A DNA stretch of 63,076 nt, the filler included, from Octopus bimaculoides (taxonomy: Eukaryota): assembly GCF_001194135.2 (NCBI RefSeq). It is 6 parts of 5 records of this genome, joined end to end, with 100 filler letters (N's around TTAATTAATTAA, not from the genome) between each part and the next. Parts side by side here need not be neighbours in the genome. Positions count along the whole stretch, not along the records: positions 1 to 12,041 come from NC_068993.1; positions 12,142 to 29,347 come from NC_068999.1; 4 more parts are not named here. The stretch is one strand, 5' to 3'. Below are positions 11,780-23,064 of the stretch, piece after piece. A program made the translations under genes and the position numbers. The first letter of the stretch is position 1. Each line of letters starts with the position of its first letter. The notes below the pieces were generated by a model that was given only the letters and a program-made list of their open reading frames with translations, was not told where the DNA came from and made no database searches.

Positions 11780-11887
11780 CTCACTGTTTCCTTCGTCGTA
11801 ACGGAGACCTCTCCGCCTAATTCTTCCGTTGTCATTTCCATTTCGTTAGTTAAAGATTCATTCCGATCACTACCCTGAGAATCTTCG
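11780..11887 (-). CDS. Exon module copy E4: intact 108-nt phase 2-2 exon, EDSQGSDRNESLTNEMEMTTEELGGEVSVTTKETV (mucin/stalk-like)
   Basis: tattcgtttcag acceptor, gag|gtaagt donor; the other two frames contain stops; gap-free alignment to E2. Confidence 0.7.
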
Positions 11888-12141
11888 CTGAAACGAATAG
11901 ATATATACATGTTTGAATGAAAGCCCACGTGTGTATGCATACAGGTATGTATGTATGTATGAATGCATATATGTATGTATGCATGTATGTGAGTATATAT
12001 GCATGTATGTATGTATGTATGTATGTATGTATGTATGTATGNNNNNNNNNNNNNNNNNNNNNNNNNNNNNNNNNNNNNNNNNNNNTTAATTAATTAANNN
12101 NNNNNNNNNNNNNNNNNNNNNNNNNNNNNNNNNNNNNNNNN

Positions 12142-12901
12142 ACTGTGAGTAGGTGATGGCCCGTTTGGTGTGGAAAGGATGGGAGGAAGAGAAGTTGAGG
12201 TAGCGGTGGGAATCTGTGGGTTTGAAGAGGCGGTGAGGGAGTGGGAGGGGTGGTCAATGGTAAGAGAGATATCAAGGAAGTTAACAGAGGTATTAGAGAT
12301 AGTAGAAGTGAAGTGGAGAGAAAGGTGGAAGTTAGAGAGGAAAGAGATGAAGTGACAGAGTTGTTCACGGGAGAGAGAGGTGGCACCTATATAGTCGTCT
12401 ATGTAGCGAATGTATAGCTCTGGGGTCAGCCCGGAGAATTGGGAGAATGCTTGGGCCTCAATGTGGCCAACAAAGAGGTTGGCGAAATTGGGGTCCATTC
12501 TCGTTCCCATCGCGACCCCAGACAAGTTGGTAGGTTTCCTTGGTGAATGTAAAGCAGTTGAGGGTGAGGACGAGCTCTGCCAGGTGAATAAGGGTGGAGG
12601 TGCTGGATGTGGGGTCAGGGCGACGGTTGAGGAAGTATTCGAGGGCTAAGAGACCGTCGTTGTGGGTAATCACCGTGTATAGGGATTTGATGTCCAAGGT
12701 GAAGAGGAAGTGTGAGGGGCCGGGAGGGAAGGAAAAGGAATTGAAGAGGCCAAGGGCGTGATTAGTGTCGTGTATGTGGGACGGGAGGGCAGCAACTAAA
12801 GGGGACAGGATGCAGTCAAGGTATTTGGAAATTATTTCGGTGAGGCAATTACAGGCAGAAACAATAGGGCGGCCAGGATTGTCGGGTTTATGTATTTAGG
12901 T
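12142..12901 (-). mobile_element. Penelope-like element reverse transcriptase fragment (frameshifted)
   Basis: HKPDNPGRPIVSACNC...FTLDIKSLYT...GVAMGTRMDPNFANLFVG...YIRYIDDYIG: PLE-type RT motifs, flanked by gaps. Confidence 0.93.
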
Positions 12902-13933
12902 ANNNNNNNNNNNNNNNNNNNNNNNNNNNNNNNNNNNNNNNNNNNNNNNNNNNNNNNNNNNNNNNNNNNNNNNNNNNNNNNNNNNNNNNNNNNNNNNNNN
13001 NNNNNNNNNNNNNNNNNNNNNNNNNNNNNNNNNNNNNNNNNNNNNNNNNNNNNNNNNNNNNNNNNNNNNNNNNNNNNNNNNNNNNNNNNNNNNNNNNNNN
13101 NNNNNNNNNNNNNNNNNNNNNNNNNNNNNNNNNNNNNNNNNNNNNNNNNNNNNNNNNNNNNNNNNNNNNNNNNNNNNNNNNNNNNNNNNNNNNNNNNNNN
13201 NNNNNNNNNNNNNNNNNNNNNNNNNNNNNNNNNNNNNNNNNNNNNNNNNNNNNNNNNNNNNNNNNNNNNNNNNNNNNNNNNNNNNNNNNNNNNNNNNNNN
13301 NNNNNNNNNNNNNNNNNNNNNNNNNNNNNNNNNNNNNNNNNNNNNNNNNNNNNNNNNNNNNNNNNNNNNNNNNNNNNNNNNNNNNNNNNNNNNNNNNNNN
13401 NNNNNNNNNNNNNNNNNNNNNNNNNNNNNNNNNNNNNNNNNNNNNNNNNNNNNNNNNNNNNNNNNNNNNNNNNNNNNNNNNNNNNNNNNNNNNNNNNNNN
13501 NNNNNNNNNNNNNNNNNNNNNNNNNNNNNNNNNNNNNNNNNNNNNNNNNNNNNNNNNNNNNNNNNNNNNNNNNNNNNNNNNNNNNNNNNNNNNNNNNNNN
13601 NNNNNNNNNNNNNNNNNNNNNNNNNNNNNNNNNNNNNNNNAAATAAGAAAATAATAAAAGCGAAAGGCTAAATGGATGTGTAGAAGTAAAAGAATTCAGT
13701 ACTCAGTATTGTGGCTACAATGGTTAAAGGTTAAAAGTTCAATTATTTTTGAGGTCTTTGTATTTATATGTATTCTTATTTTATGGGCAATTGTATACAT
13801 ACACACGCGTGCGCGTGTATGTGTGTGTGTATAGTGGGAGAGAGAAAGATGGGGAGGTGAGATAAATTTCTTGTCTCTTATTGAAAATTTCTTGTCTCTT
13901 TGCATTGGCACTCATTCAGGTTTTGGACAAGCA

Positions 13934-13983
<50 letters not shown>

Positions 13984-16900
13984 CAGGGCTATAGTAGGAG
14001 ACATTTTTTTGTCATTCACTGATGCTAAATCCAGAAACATATAGCTAAGAAACAAAGTCCCTACCTCCCAGACAGGAATGTGTCTCACAATAGAGCGTAT
14101 AGAAAAAAATAATCGGTAAGTATATAACCAGCTTCCAAAAGATTCTAATTAATACTTACTATTAATTTGCATTTTATGTATATCTCTTTTAGCGTAACAA
14201 CATGCAACAAATAAAAGTTTCTTTGCGATCTTGTTGAATTTCTTTCCGATTTTTGTTGGTATATTATTAAAACGCCTAGTTTAGATGGAGTTTAAATTTA
14301 TAGTTTAACAACATCCAACTAAATTTCGGTGAGAAATAATGTTTTTCCTCGTTTTTGCTTTTTTATTGAGCTATCAACTAATTTCATCTCATTATATACC
14401 ACAAAGACGTTTTTCCACTGAAATCGGAATTCTCCTCTCACCTTATATTTTTTTTATATATATATATTTTTCATATCTTGTTTTTCATGCGCTATCAACT
14501 TATCTCAGCTCTTAGTATACTGCAAAAGATTTTTTCCCCTTTGTGGCGTATTAGGAAATCAGAACAGCAGCTGTTTTTTTTTTATGCCAACTAGCTGCTA
14601 CTTCTAGCATACTGAACAACCACATTAAGGACCGGCTACCTTTGAGTTTATTCAAAAGAAAGAGTAAAATGCTTTACACAAAAAATTCCAATATAATCGT
14701 AACTATACCATCTGAGACGTATATGTAGAAAATTTTAACAATACACCAGACACCAATCTGATTTGGCAGAGTTTCTACAGCTGGATGCCCTTCCTAACGC
14801 CAACCACTCAGAGAGTGTAGTGGGTGCTTTTACGTACCACCGGCACGTAGACCAGTCAGGCGGTACTGGCAACGGCCACTCTCAAAATAGTGTATTTTAT
14901 GTGCCACCCGCACAAGAGCCAGTCCAAGGACTCTGGCAACGAAAGTCCTTACACATGCCGCTGGCACAAGTGCCAGAAAGGCGTCGCTGGGCACAGGTGC
15001 CATCACAATTTCGCTTTCGCTTGCCCCAATAAGTCTTCGCAAGCTGAGTTTCGTGTCCAATGAGGGAGACGACGTTGGCATGGGTGCCAGTCGTCAAATT
15101 TAACTCGATTTCGATTTCACTTGCCTCAACAGGTCTTCGCAAATGGAGTTTAGTGTCCAATTTAACTCGATTTCGATTTCACTTGCCTCAACAGGTCTTC
15201 GCAAGTGGTGTTTAGTGTCCAATGAAGGAAGGAAGGTACGCATAAGTGGACTAGCTGAGGCCTTAGATTTAGGTCTCACTTGGCTTGCCGGGTCTTCTCA
15301 CGCACAGCATATTNNNNNNNNNNNNNNNNNNNNNNNNNNNNNNNNNNNNNNNNNNNNNNNNNNNNNNNNNNNNNNNNNNNNNNNNNNNNNNNNNNNNNNN
15401 NNNNNNNNNNNNNNNNNNNNNNNNNNNNNNNNNNNNNNNNNNNNNNNNNNNNNNNNNNNNNNNNNNNNNNNNNNNNNNNNNNNNNNNNNNNNNNNNNNNN
15501 NNNNNNNNNNNNNNNNNNNNNNNNNNNNNNNNNNNNNNNNNNNNNNNNNNNNNNNNNNNNNNNNNNNNNNNNNNNNNNNNNNNNNNNNNNNNNNNNNNNN
15601 NNNNNNNNNNNNNNNNNNNNNNNNNNNNNNNNNNNNNNNNNNNNNNNNNNNNNNNNNNNNNNNNNNNNNNNNNNNNNNNNNNNNNNNNNNNNNNNNNNNN
15701 NNNNNNNNNNNNNNNNNNNNNNNNNNNNNNNNNNNNNNNNNNNNNNNNNNNNNNNNNNNNNNNNNNNNNNNNNNNNNNNNNNNNNNNNNNNNNNNNNNNN
15801 NNNNNNNNNNNNNNNNNNNNNNNNNNNNNNNNNNNNNNNNNNNNNNNNNNNNNNNNNNNNNNNNNNNNNNNNNNNNNNNNNNNNNNNNNNNNNNNNNNNN
15901 NNNNNNNNNNNNNNNNNNNNNNNNNNNNNNNNNNNNNNNNNNNNNNNNNNNNNNNNNNNNNNNNNNNNNNNNNNNNNNNNNNNNNNNNNNNNNNNNNNNN
16001 NNNNNNNNNNNNNNNNNNNNNNNNNNNNNNNNNNNNNNNNNNNNNNNNNNNNNNNNNNNNNNNNNNNNNNNNNNNNNNNNNNNNNNNNNNNNNNNNNNNN
16101 NNNNNNNNNNNNNNNNNTCCTAACGCCAACCACTCAGAGAGTGTAGCGGGTGCTTTTACGTGACATCAGCACGAAGGCTAGTCAGGTGGTACTGGCAACG
16201 GCCACACTCAAAATGGTGTATTTTATGTGCCACCCGCACAAGAGACAATCTAGAGGCACTGGCAACGATCTCACTCGAAAGTCCTTACACATGCCGCGGG
16301 CACAAGTGCCAGAAAGGCGACGCTGGGTACAGGTGCCATCACGATTTCGATTTCGCTTGCCCCAATAAGTCTTCGCAAGTTGAGTTTCGTACCCAATGAA
16401 GGAGACGACGGTGGCATGGGTGCCAGTCGTCGAATTTAACTCGATTTCGATTTCACTTGCCTCAACAGGTCTTCGCAAGTGGAGTTTAGTGTCCAATGAA
16501 GGAAGGTACGCATANNNNNNNNNNTCGATTTCGATTTCACTTGCCTCAACAGGTCTTCGCAAGTGGAGTTTAGTGTCCAATGAAGGAAGGTACGCATAAG
16601 TGGACTGGCTGAGGCCTTAGATTTAGGTCTCACTTGGCTTGCCGGGACTTCTCACGCACAGCATTTGGCAAAGTTTCTACAGCTGGATGCTCTTCCTAAC
16701 GCCAACCACTCAGAGAGTGTAGCGGGTGCTTTTACGTGACATCAGCACGAAGGCTAGTCAGGTGGTACTGGCAACGGCCACACTCAAAATGGTGTATTTT
16801 ATGTGCNNNNNNNNNNNNNNNNNNNNNNNNNNNNNNNNNNNNNNNNNNNNNNNNNNNNNNNNNNNNNNNNNNNNNNNNNNNNNNNNNNNNNNNNNNNNNN

Positions 16901-17458
16901 NNNNNNNNNNNNNNNNNNNNNNNNNNNNNNNNNNNNNNNNNNNNNNNNNNNNNNNNNNNNNNNNNNNNNNNNNNNNNNNNNNNNNNNNNNNNNNNNNNNN
17001 NNNNNNNNNNNNNNNNNNNNNNNNNNNNNNNNNNNNNNNNNNNNNNNNNNNNNNNNNNNNNNNNNNNNNNNNNNNNNNNNNNNNNNNNNNNNNNNNNNNN
17101 NNNNNNNNNNNNNNNNNNNNNNNNNNNNNNNNNNNNNNNNNNNNNNNNNNNNNNNNNNNNNNNNNNNNNNNNNNNNNNNNNNNNNNNNNNNNNNNNNNNN
17201 NNNNNNNNNNNNNNNNNNNNNNNNNNNNNNNNNNNNNNNNNNNNNNNNNNNNNNNNNNNNNNNNNNNNNNNNNNNNNNNNNNNNNNNNNNNNNNNNNNNN
17301 NNNNNNNNNNNNNNNNNNNNNNNNNNNNNNNNNNNNNNNNNNNNNNNNNNNNNNNNNNNNNNNNNNNNNNNNNNNNNNNNNNNNNNNNNNNNNNNNNNNN
17401 NNNNNNNNNNNNNNNNNNNNNNNNNNNNNNNNNNNNNNNNNNNNNNNNNNNNNNNNNN

Positions 17459-17958
17459 CCTTGCACACCACAACTGATGCTTCGTAAGTTCAACTTTTCT
17501 CTCACGGTACTGATACTCCGTCTAGTATGCACACTGACATTACACATCCATCGGAGCATACTGGCTTCATTCCTTGGGAGCCTACGTATGTCCTCAGCAG
17601 TCACGGCCCATGTTTCACTGCCATGAAGCATGGCTGTTCGTACACACGCGTCATACAATCTGCCTTTTACTCTGAGAGAGAGATCCTTTGTCGCCAGCAG
17701 AGGTAAGAGCTCTCTGAACTTTGCCCAGGCTATTCTTATTCTAACAGCTACGCTTTCAGCGCACCCACCCCCACTACTAATTTGGTCACCAGGATAGCGG
17801 AAGCTATCAACCACTTCTAGTTTTTTCTCCCTGGAATGTGGCAGAAGTTTTTTTCTGCACATTAACAGTGTTTATAGCTCCTGAAAACTAACTTCCCAGT
17901 TAACCTTTCTTTGATATTGCTGCACCTCTTATGTGTCTATAGCTTGCACTGGGTGCAT
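17459..17958 (-). pseudogene. RTE ORF2 C-terminal region with Cys/His (PHD-like) insert, disrupted
   Basis: CTQCKL*THKRCSNIKERLTGK then ...KLEVVDSFRYPGDQISSGGGC...LHGSETWAV; one stop and frameshifts. Confidence 0.85.
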
Positions 17959-18532
17959 NNNNNNNNNNNNNNNNNNNNNNNNNNNNNNNNNNNNNNNNNN
18001 NNNNNNNNNNNNNNNNNNNNNNNNNNNNNNNNNNNNNNNNNNNNNNNNNNNNNNNNNNACGACATCACGATTCTCTCTCACACACTGTCTTGCAACACCA
18101 AATACCTCGAGTCTTTGGTCCTCTCGGCGCTGAACATTTGCAAACTTTTTCCTATCTGCTTCCCCTCTGGCTAAATAAACCTGTCGCCTAGCTTCCCTTC
18201 TGGCCGTCTGATACAGTTCCCTGCTACTACCATTTTTCCAGTCTTTCCAAGCCTGTTTCTTTTTTCTAATAGCCCTNNNNNNNNNNGTCGAGAAGGGACC
18301 TTGCACCAACCACAGATCTCGTCGGTGGCCCTCAGCAGGTTGTCCCGTAGAAACGTCCAGTTGTCCTCTACATTGTGTGAAGCTACATCACCTTCTATTT
18401 CGTCGAAGGCTTCGAGTAATAAGTCTCTAAATCTCTGTCCATTCGCAGGATCTTTGAGCTGCCATACCCTTCTCCTCCAAGCTGGTCGTCTTCTGGGCAG
18501 CCACTTAGCCCTGATCCTGAAGTCACTAACTA

Positions 18533-19297
18533 CTAGTCTATGTTGTGGGGTACATTCTTCGCCTGGGAATGTTTTGGCATTTCTAAGCAGCCATCTTTCT
18601 TTTTTTTCCTGGCGAGGATGTAGTCAATTTGGCTAGTGTACCTGCCAGAACGGTAGGTGACTAGGTGACTGGCAGGCTTCCTGAAGTTAGTATTGCAGAC
18701 CATAAGGTCATTTGCATCACAGAACTCTAGCAGCCTGGTTCCCTCCTCATTGCGGGAACCAAAACCATAGCCTCCATGTACGCCATAGAAGCCCCCTGAA
18801 TGTTGTCCAACATGACCATTGAAGTCACCAGCTACAAAGGGAAGGTCCCTGTCATTCGTCGATGAGGTAGTCTGCAGGAGGGTGTCATAAAATTGGTCTT
18901 TCTGTCCGTCGGGTAGCCCGGGCTGAGGGGCATAGGCCGAGATAATGGTTGCTAACCCATGGTGAAGGACTAATTTAATCTTAAGTATTCTATCGCATAC
19001 TCTAACTACCTCGATTACCTTATCCACCCATTTCTCTGCAAGAAGTATACCCACGCCCCCGACCCCGTCTGTGTTTCCTGCCCAGAAAGTCTTGTACCTA
19101 TGTTCTTTGCCTGTGAGGAACCTAGGGAAACCTCCTCTCCACCTTACTTCTTGGAGGCAGCAGATATCGACACGTCTCCGTTCAAGCATCTCACCAGACC
19201 TACCTTTCAGTGTGTCGACGTTAAGAGTGCCAACCCTGAGGGTGTGGGAGGTATGGGCCCGTGAGACCCTGGGGCGGGGAACAGCAGCGTCATGTAC
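18533..19297 (-). pseudogene. RTE ORF2 apurinic-like endonuclease (APE) domain
   Basis: GTLNV, CLQEVRW, GGVGILL, SAYAPQ, AGDFNGHVG, SQIDYIL motifs in one frame; frameshift at the poly-A near 18600. Confidence 0.95.
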
Positions 19298-19894
19298 CTG
19301 AAAAAAAAGCTCGCATTTTGCAGAATTCATAAACAATCAGTAGCATTCCTTTCAGCCAGCATCTACTATACTATAGTATTTTGCACCATATGATCTCTAC
19401 CTTACATAGGGGATAAACTCTAAGTGGGGGTGGGAAGTCTTTAGAAGTGTTCATGGGGGACAGTCACGGTACTGGTGAGGAAGATAGGAACTACCGGTAC
19501 TGGTGTAGAAGATAGGAACTTCCGGTACTGGTGGATGGGGTGGTAGGGCGGGTGCACCAAACCCGCGCGAAGCAAGGAGTTAATCGAAAGGGGGAGAAGA
19601 GATATCGAAAGAGACAGATTAAAACAGAGAGGGTTATGCCAAAGTACGAGGTATTTTAGGGATTTCTGTCGCCTGGACACAGTAAATATTGAATGGTAGA
19701 AATTCGGCCAGCTAACTCTAAGACAGAGTTATAGCGTTAAGTGACTATGTGAGAAAATACAACTGAAAACATGACACTTGAATAAATGAGTGAATCTGGC
19801 GACATCGTTTTGAACAACAGAAATAAGCAATGTGTAAGGTATTTAAAGATCAGGGCATACATAATATATGTATGTACATATATGCATATCATTA

Positions 19895-20095
19895 TCACCA
19901 TCATTTAACGTCCGTTTTCCATGCTGATATGGGTTGGACGGTTTAACAGGGGCCAACAAGCCAGGGTCTACGTCTGGTACCCGTCTGGTTTGGCATGGTT
20001 TTTGTGGCTGGATGCCCTTCTTTACAGTGTGGACTAAGTGTTTTTACGTGGCATTGCACCGGAGCATGGTTTTGATGGCTGGATGTCCTTCCTAC
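19895..20095 (-). mobile_element. RTE-tail repeat (SINE or truncated LINE 3' end)
   Basis: catcatttaacgtccgttttccatgct...ggctggatgcccttc is the reverse complement of the RTE 3' tail at 26340-26490. Confidence 0.8.
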
Positions 20096-20184
20096 CGCCA
20101 CATACATGCACGCCATGATAGATCGTTGACCACAACATTCAAATTTTTTTTCTCCGTGTTTTTCTCCTTGTTTTTCTCCTTATC

Positions 20185-20220
20185 CTTTCTGTTGAAGAGC
20201 GTAGCTCGAAACGTTAAAGA
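20185..20220 (+). ncRNA. Minimal type I hammerhead-like motif (core CUGUUGA, GUU site) in a PLE terminal-repeat fragment (20140-20273)
   Basis: cttt-CTGTTGA-a-gagc(gta)gctc-GAAAC-GTT-aaag; second copy at 37035-37071. Confidence 0.62.
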
Positions 20221-21451
20221 CTTTCTCTATTCCCGAGCGTTAAACTAATACATCCTTTTGTTGTTTACACCACNNNNNNNNNNNNNNNNNNNNNNNNNNN
20301 NNNNNNNNNNNNNNNNNNNNNNNNNNNNNNNNNNNNNNNNNNNNNNNNNNNNNNNNNNNNNNNNNNNNNNNNNNNNNNNNNNNNNNNNNNNNNNNNNNNN
20401 NNNNNNNNNNNNNNNNNNNNNNNNNNNNNNNNNNNNNNNNNNNNNNNNNNNNNNNNNNNNNNNNNNNNNNNNNNNNNNNNNNNNNNNNNNNNNNNNNNNN
20501 NNNNNNNNNNNNNNNNNNNNNNNNNNNNNNNNNNNNNNNNNNNNNNNNNNNNNNNNNNNNNNNNNNNNNNNNNNNNNNNNNNNNNNNNNNNNNNNNNNNN
20601 NNNNNNNNNNNNNNNNNNNNNNNNNNNNNNNNNNNNNNNNNNNNNNNNNNNNNNNNNNNNNNNNNNNNNNNNNNNNNNNNNNNNNNNNNNNNNNNNNNNN
20701 NNNNNNNNNNNNNNNNNNNNNNNNNNNNNNNNNNNNNNNNNNNNNNNNNNNNNNNNNNNNNNNNNNNNNNNNNNNNNNNNNNNNNNNNNNNNNNNNNNNN
20801 NNNNNNNNNNNNNNNNNNNNNNNNNNNNNNNNNNNNNNNNNNNNNNNNNNNNNNNNNNNNNNNNNNNNNNNNNNNNNNNNNNNNNNNNNNNNNNNNNNNN
20901 NNNNNNNNNNNNNNNNNNNNNNNNNNNNNNNNNNNNNNNNNNNNNNNNNNNNNNNNNNNNNNNNNNNNNNNNNNNNNNNNNNNNNNNNNNNNNNNNNNNN
21001 NNNNNNNNNNNNNNNNNNNNNNNNNNNNNNNNNNNNNNNNNNNNNNNNNNNNNNNNNNNNNNNNNNNNNNNNNNNNNNNNNNNNNNNNNNNNNNNNNNNN
21101 NNNNNNNNNNNNNNNNNNNNNNNNNNNNNNNNNNNNNNNNNNNNNNNNNNNNNNNNNNNNNNNNNNNNNNNNNNNNNNNNNNNNNNNNNATGACACATTC
21201 TACCAGTGTCCCAAGTTTCAAAGTGTTTCGTTAAGAAAATACTGGTGCCCCCGTTTTGAACAAGATCCGAAAAAAGTCCTCTGCAGGAGGCGAGATTTGT
21301 TGATAGCACTTGAAAACAAAATGAAGAAAAAGAATAACTCCGAGGCGGGGCAAGGAGGGGGGATTTCTGAGGTGCAAGTTGATTGGGAATCTGGGGCCCA
21401 CCAAAATTGTTCCCAATTGGTCCCTGCACTTATTTTGAGTTTATACCCTCA

Positions 21452-21497
<46 letters not shown>

Positions 21498-21867
21498 GTA
21501 CTAGTATTATTTACATAAATATCATTAATTATCGCAATCATTATTTTAACTAGTATAATTACTATAGAGGGTAAGTTATGTTTATTTAAATCGTTTAAAT
21601 GTATATTTAGTCCAGTGTCGACATCCCATAGCCTGTTCATGTCAATAAGAATAAATTTAGAAGTGAAAATGTGGTACATTTCTTCCACACAAAAGTTGTC
21701 TATTAATTATTTATCATCTATTACTTATTTCCCAAGCAATAGAAAATACAATGTTACTATCTTTTAGTGCCCAAATTAGCTTACTAAGGCTGGTAGTATT
21801 CATTTTGCTCCTATTTCTAAACAAACTTAAATGATTGATAATTCTTTGCTTAATATAACATGAGCTT

Positions 21868-22088
21868 AGGGCGTTGAGCTGGCAGAATCGTTAGCATGCC
21901 AGGTGAAATGCTTAGCGGTATTTTGTTCTGAGTTCAAATTCCGCCAAGGTCGAGTTTGCCTTTCATCCTTTCAGGGTCGATTAAATAAGTATCAGTTATG
22001 CGCTGGGGTTGATGTAATCGACTTAATCCCTTTTTCTGGCCTTGTTTGTTCTCTCTATGTTTAGACCCCTGTGAGAAATAAGGAAATA
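21868..22088 (+). mobile_element. SINE family A, full length with 15-bp TSD
   Basis: aatataacatgagct at 21852-21866 and 22089-22103. Confidence 0.92.
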
Positions 22089-22573
22089 AATATAACATGA
22101 GCTAGCACATACACACGGAGATATATATAAGGAGGAAGTCAGAAATACTCTCTATTCTCTGAGGTAATCTTACATTTGTAGACGATATTTTTATGCCTAC
22201 AATTAGAGTTGAGCGAACAAATTCGGTTCCTTGCACAATTGCATTTAATAGTGCTACTACTTCTATTAATAGTATTTGCTTCATGTTCTCTGAATGTGAG
22301 TTCTATATTTTTCTGTCTTCTAAGCTATCAGTCTTTTGCACATAGACAACATTCTGAGTACTATGTTTTTTAGGATTCACATCTACTTCCAAGTGATCAC
22401 ACTTGACACGTGGTACACAGTGAAACTGTTCAGGCAAGGTCATTTGCTGGCGGGAATAAGCTAATGTATGGCACATACATTTGATCACTTTAAACAAATC
22501 ATTTGTGAAGGTTGTCGGCAAAAGCTAAACACTCCCACCTCATCTTCGATGGGAGGGACCATCATATGTATGC

Positions 22574-22625
<52 letters not shown>

Positions 22626-23064
22626 NNNNNNNNNNNNNNNNNNNNNNNNNNNNNNNNNNNNNNNNNNNNNNNNNNNNNNNNNNNNNNNNNNNNNNNNNNN
22701 NNNNNNNNNNNNNNNNNNNNNNNNNNNNNNNNNNNNNNNNNNNNNNNNNNNNNNNNNNNNNNNNNNNNNNNNNNNNNNNNNNNNNNNNNNNNNNNNNNNN
22801 NNNNNNNNNNNNNNNNNNNNNNNNNNNNNNNNNNNNNNNNNNNNNNNNNNNNNNNNNNNNNNNNNNNNNNNNNNNNNNNNNNNNNNNNNNNNNNNNNNNN
22901 NNNNNNNNNNNNNNNNNNNNNNNNNNNNNNNNNNNNNNNNNNNNNNNNNNNNNNNNNNNNNNNNNNNNNNNNNNNNNNNNNNNNNNNNNNNNNNNNNNNN
23001 NNNNNNNNNNNNNNNNNNNNNNNNNNNNNNNNNNNNNNNNNNNNNNNNNNNNNNNNNNNNNNNN

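Larger units (their letters stand above)
14742..19800 (-). mobile_element. Near full-length RTE-clade LINE with multiplied 3' UTR (5' boundary approximate, RT core in gaps)
   Basis: APE domain 19297-18533; linker WWN..DRAIRKKKQAWKDWK; C-terminal SFRY.GD...RIRIAWAKFRELLPLL...AMLHGSETW; ORF end YAVREKTRQAK* followed by 3' UTR copies. Confidence 0.92.

Noticed and set aside
12086-12097. ttaattaattaa flanked by N runs, repeated at 29392, ~37777, ~55037 and 59332
   Set aside because: It is always embedded in a ~100-bp N gap (44 N on each side here) and has stops in all six frames. This is an assembly linker, not biology.
14742-16660. Repeat-spacer-like periodicity that could be mistaken for a CRISPR array
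   Set aside because: The units are RTE 3' UTR modules with no unique spacers and no cas genes, in a eukaryotic context.
22102-22560. Two adjacent minus-strand ORFs (60 and 72 aa)
   Set aside because: No recognisable motif or splice signals; possibly a degenerate LINE ORF1 on the other strand, but unsupported.
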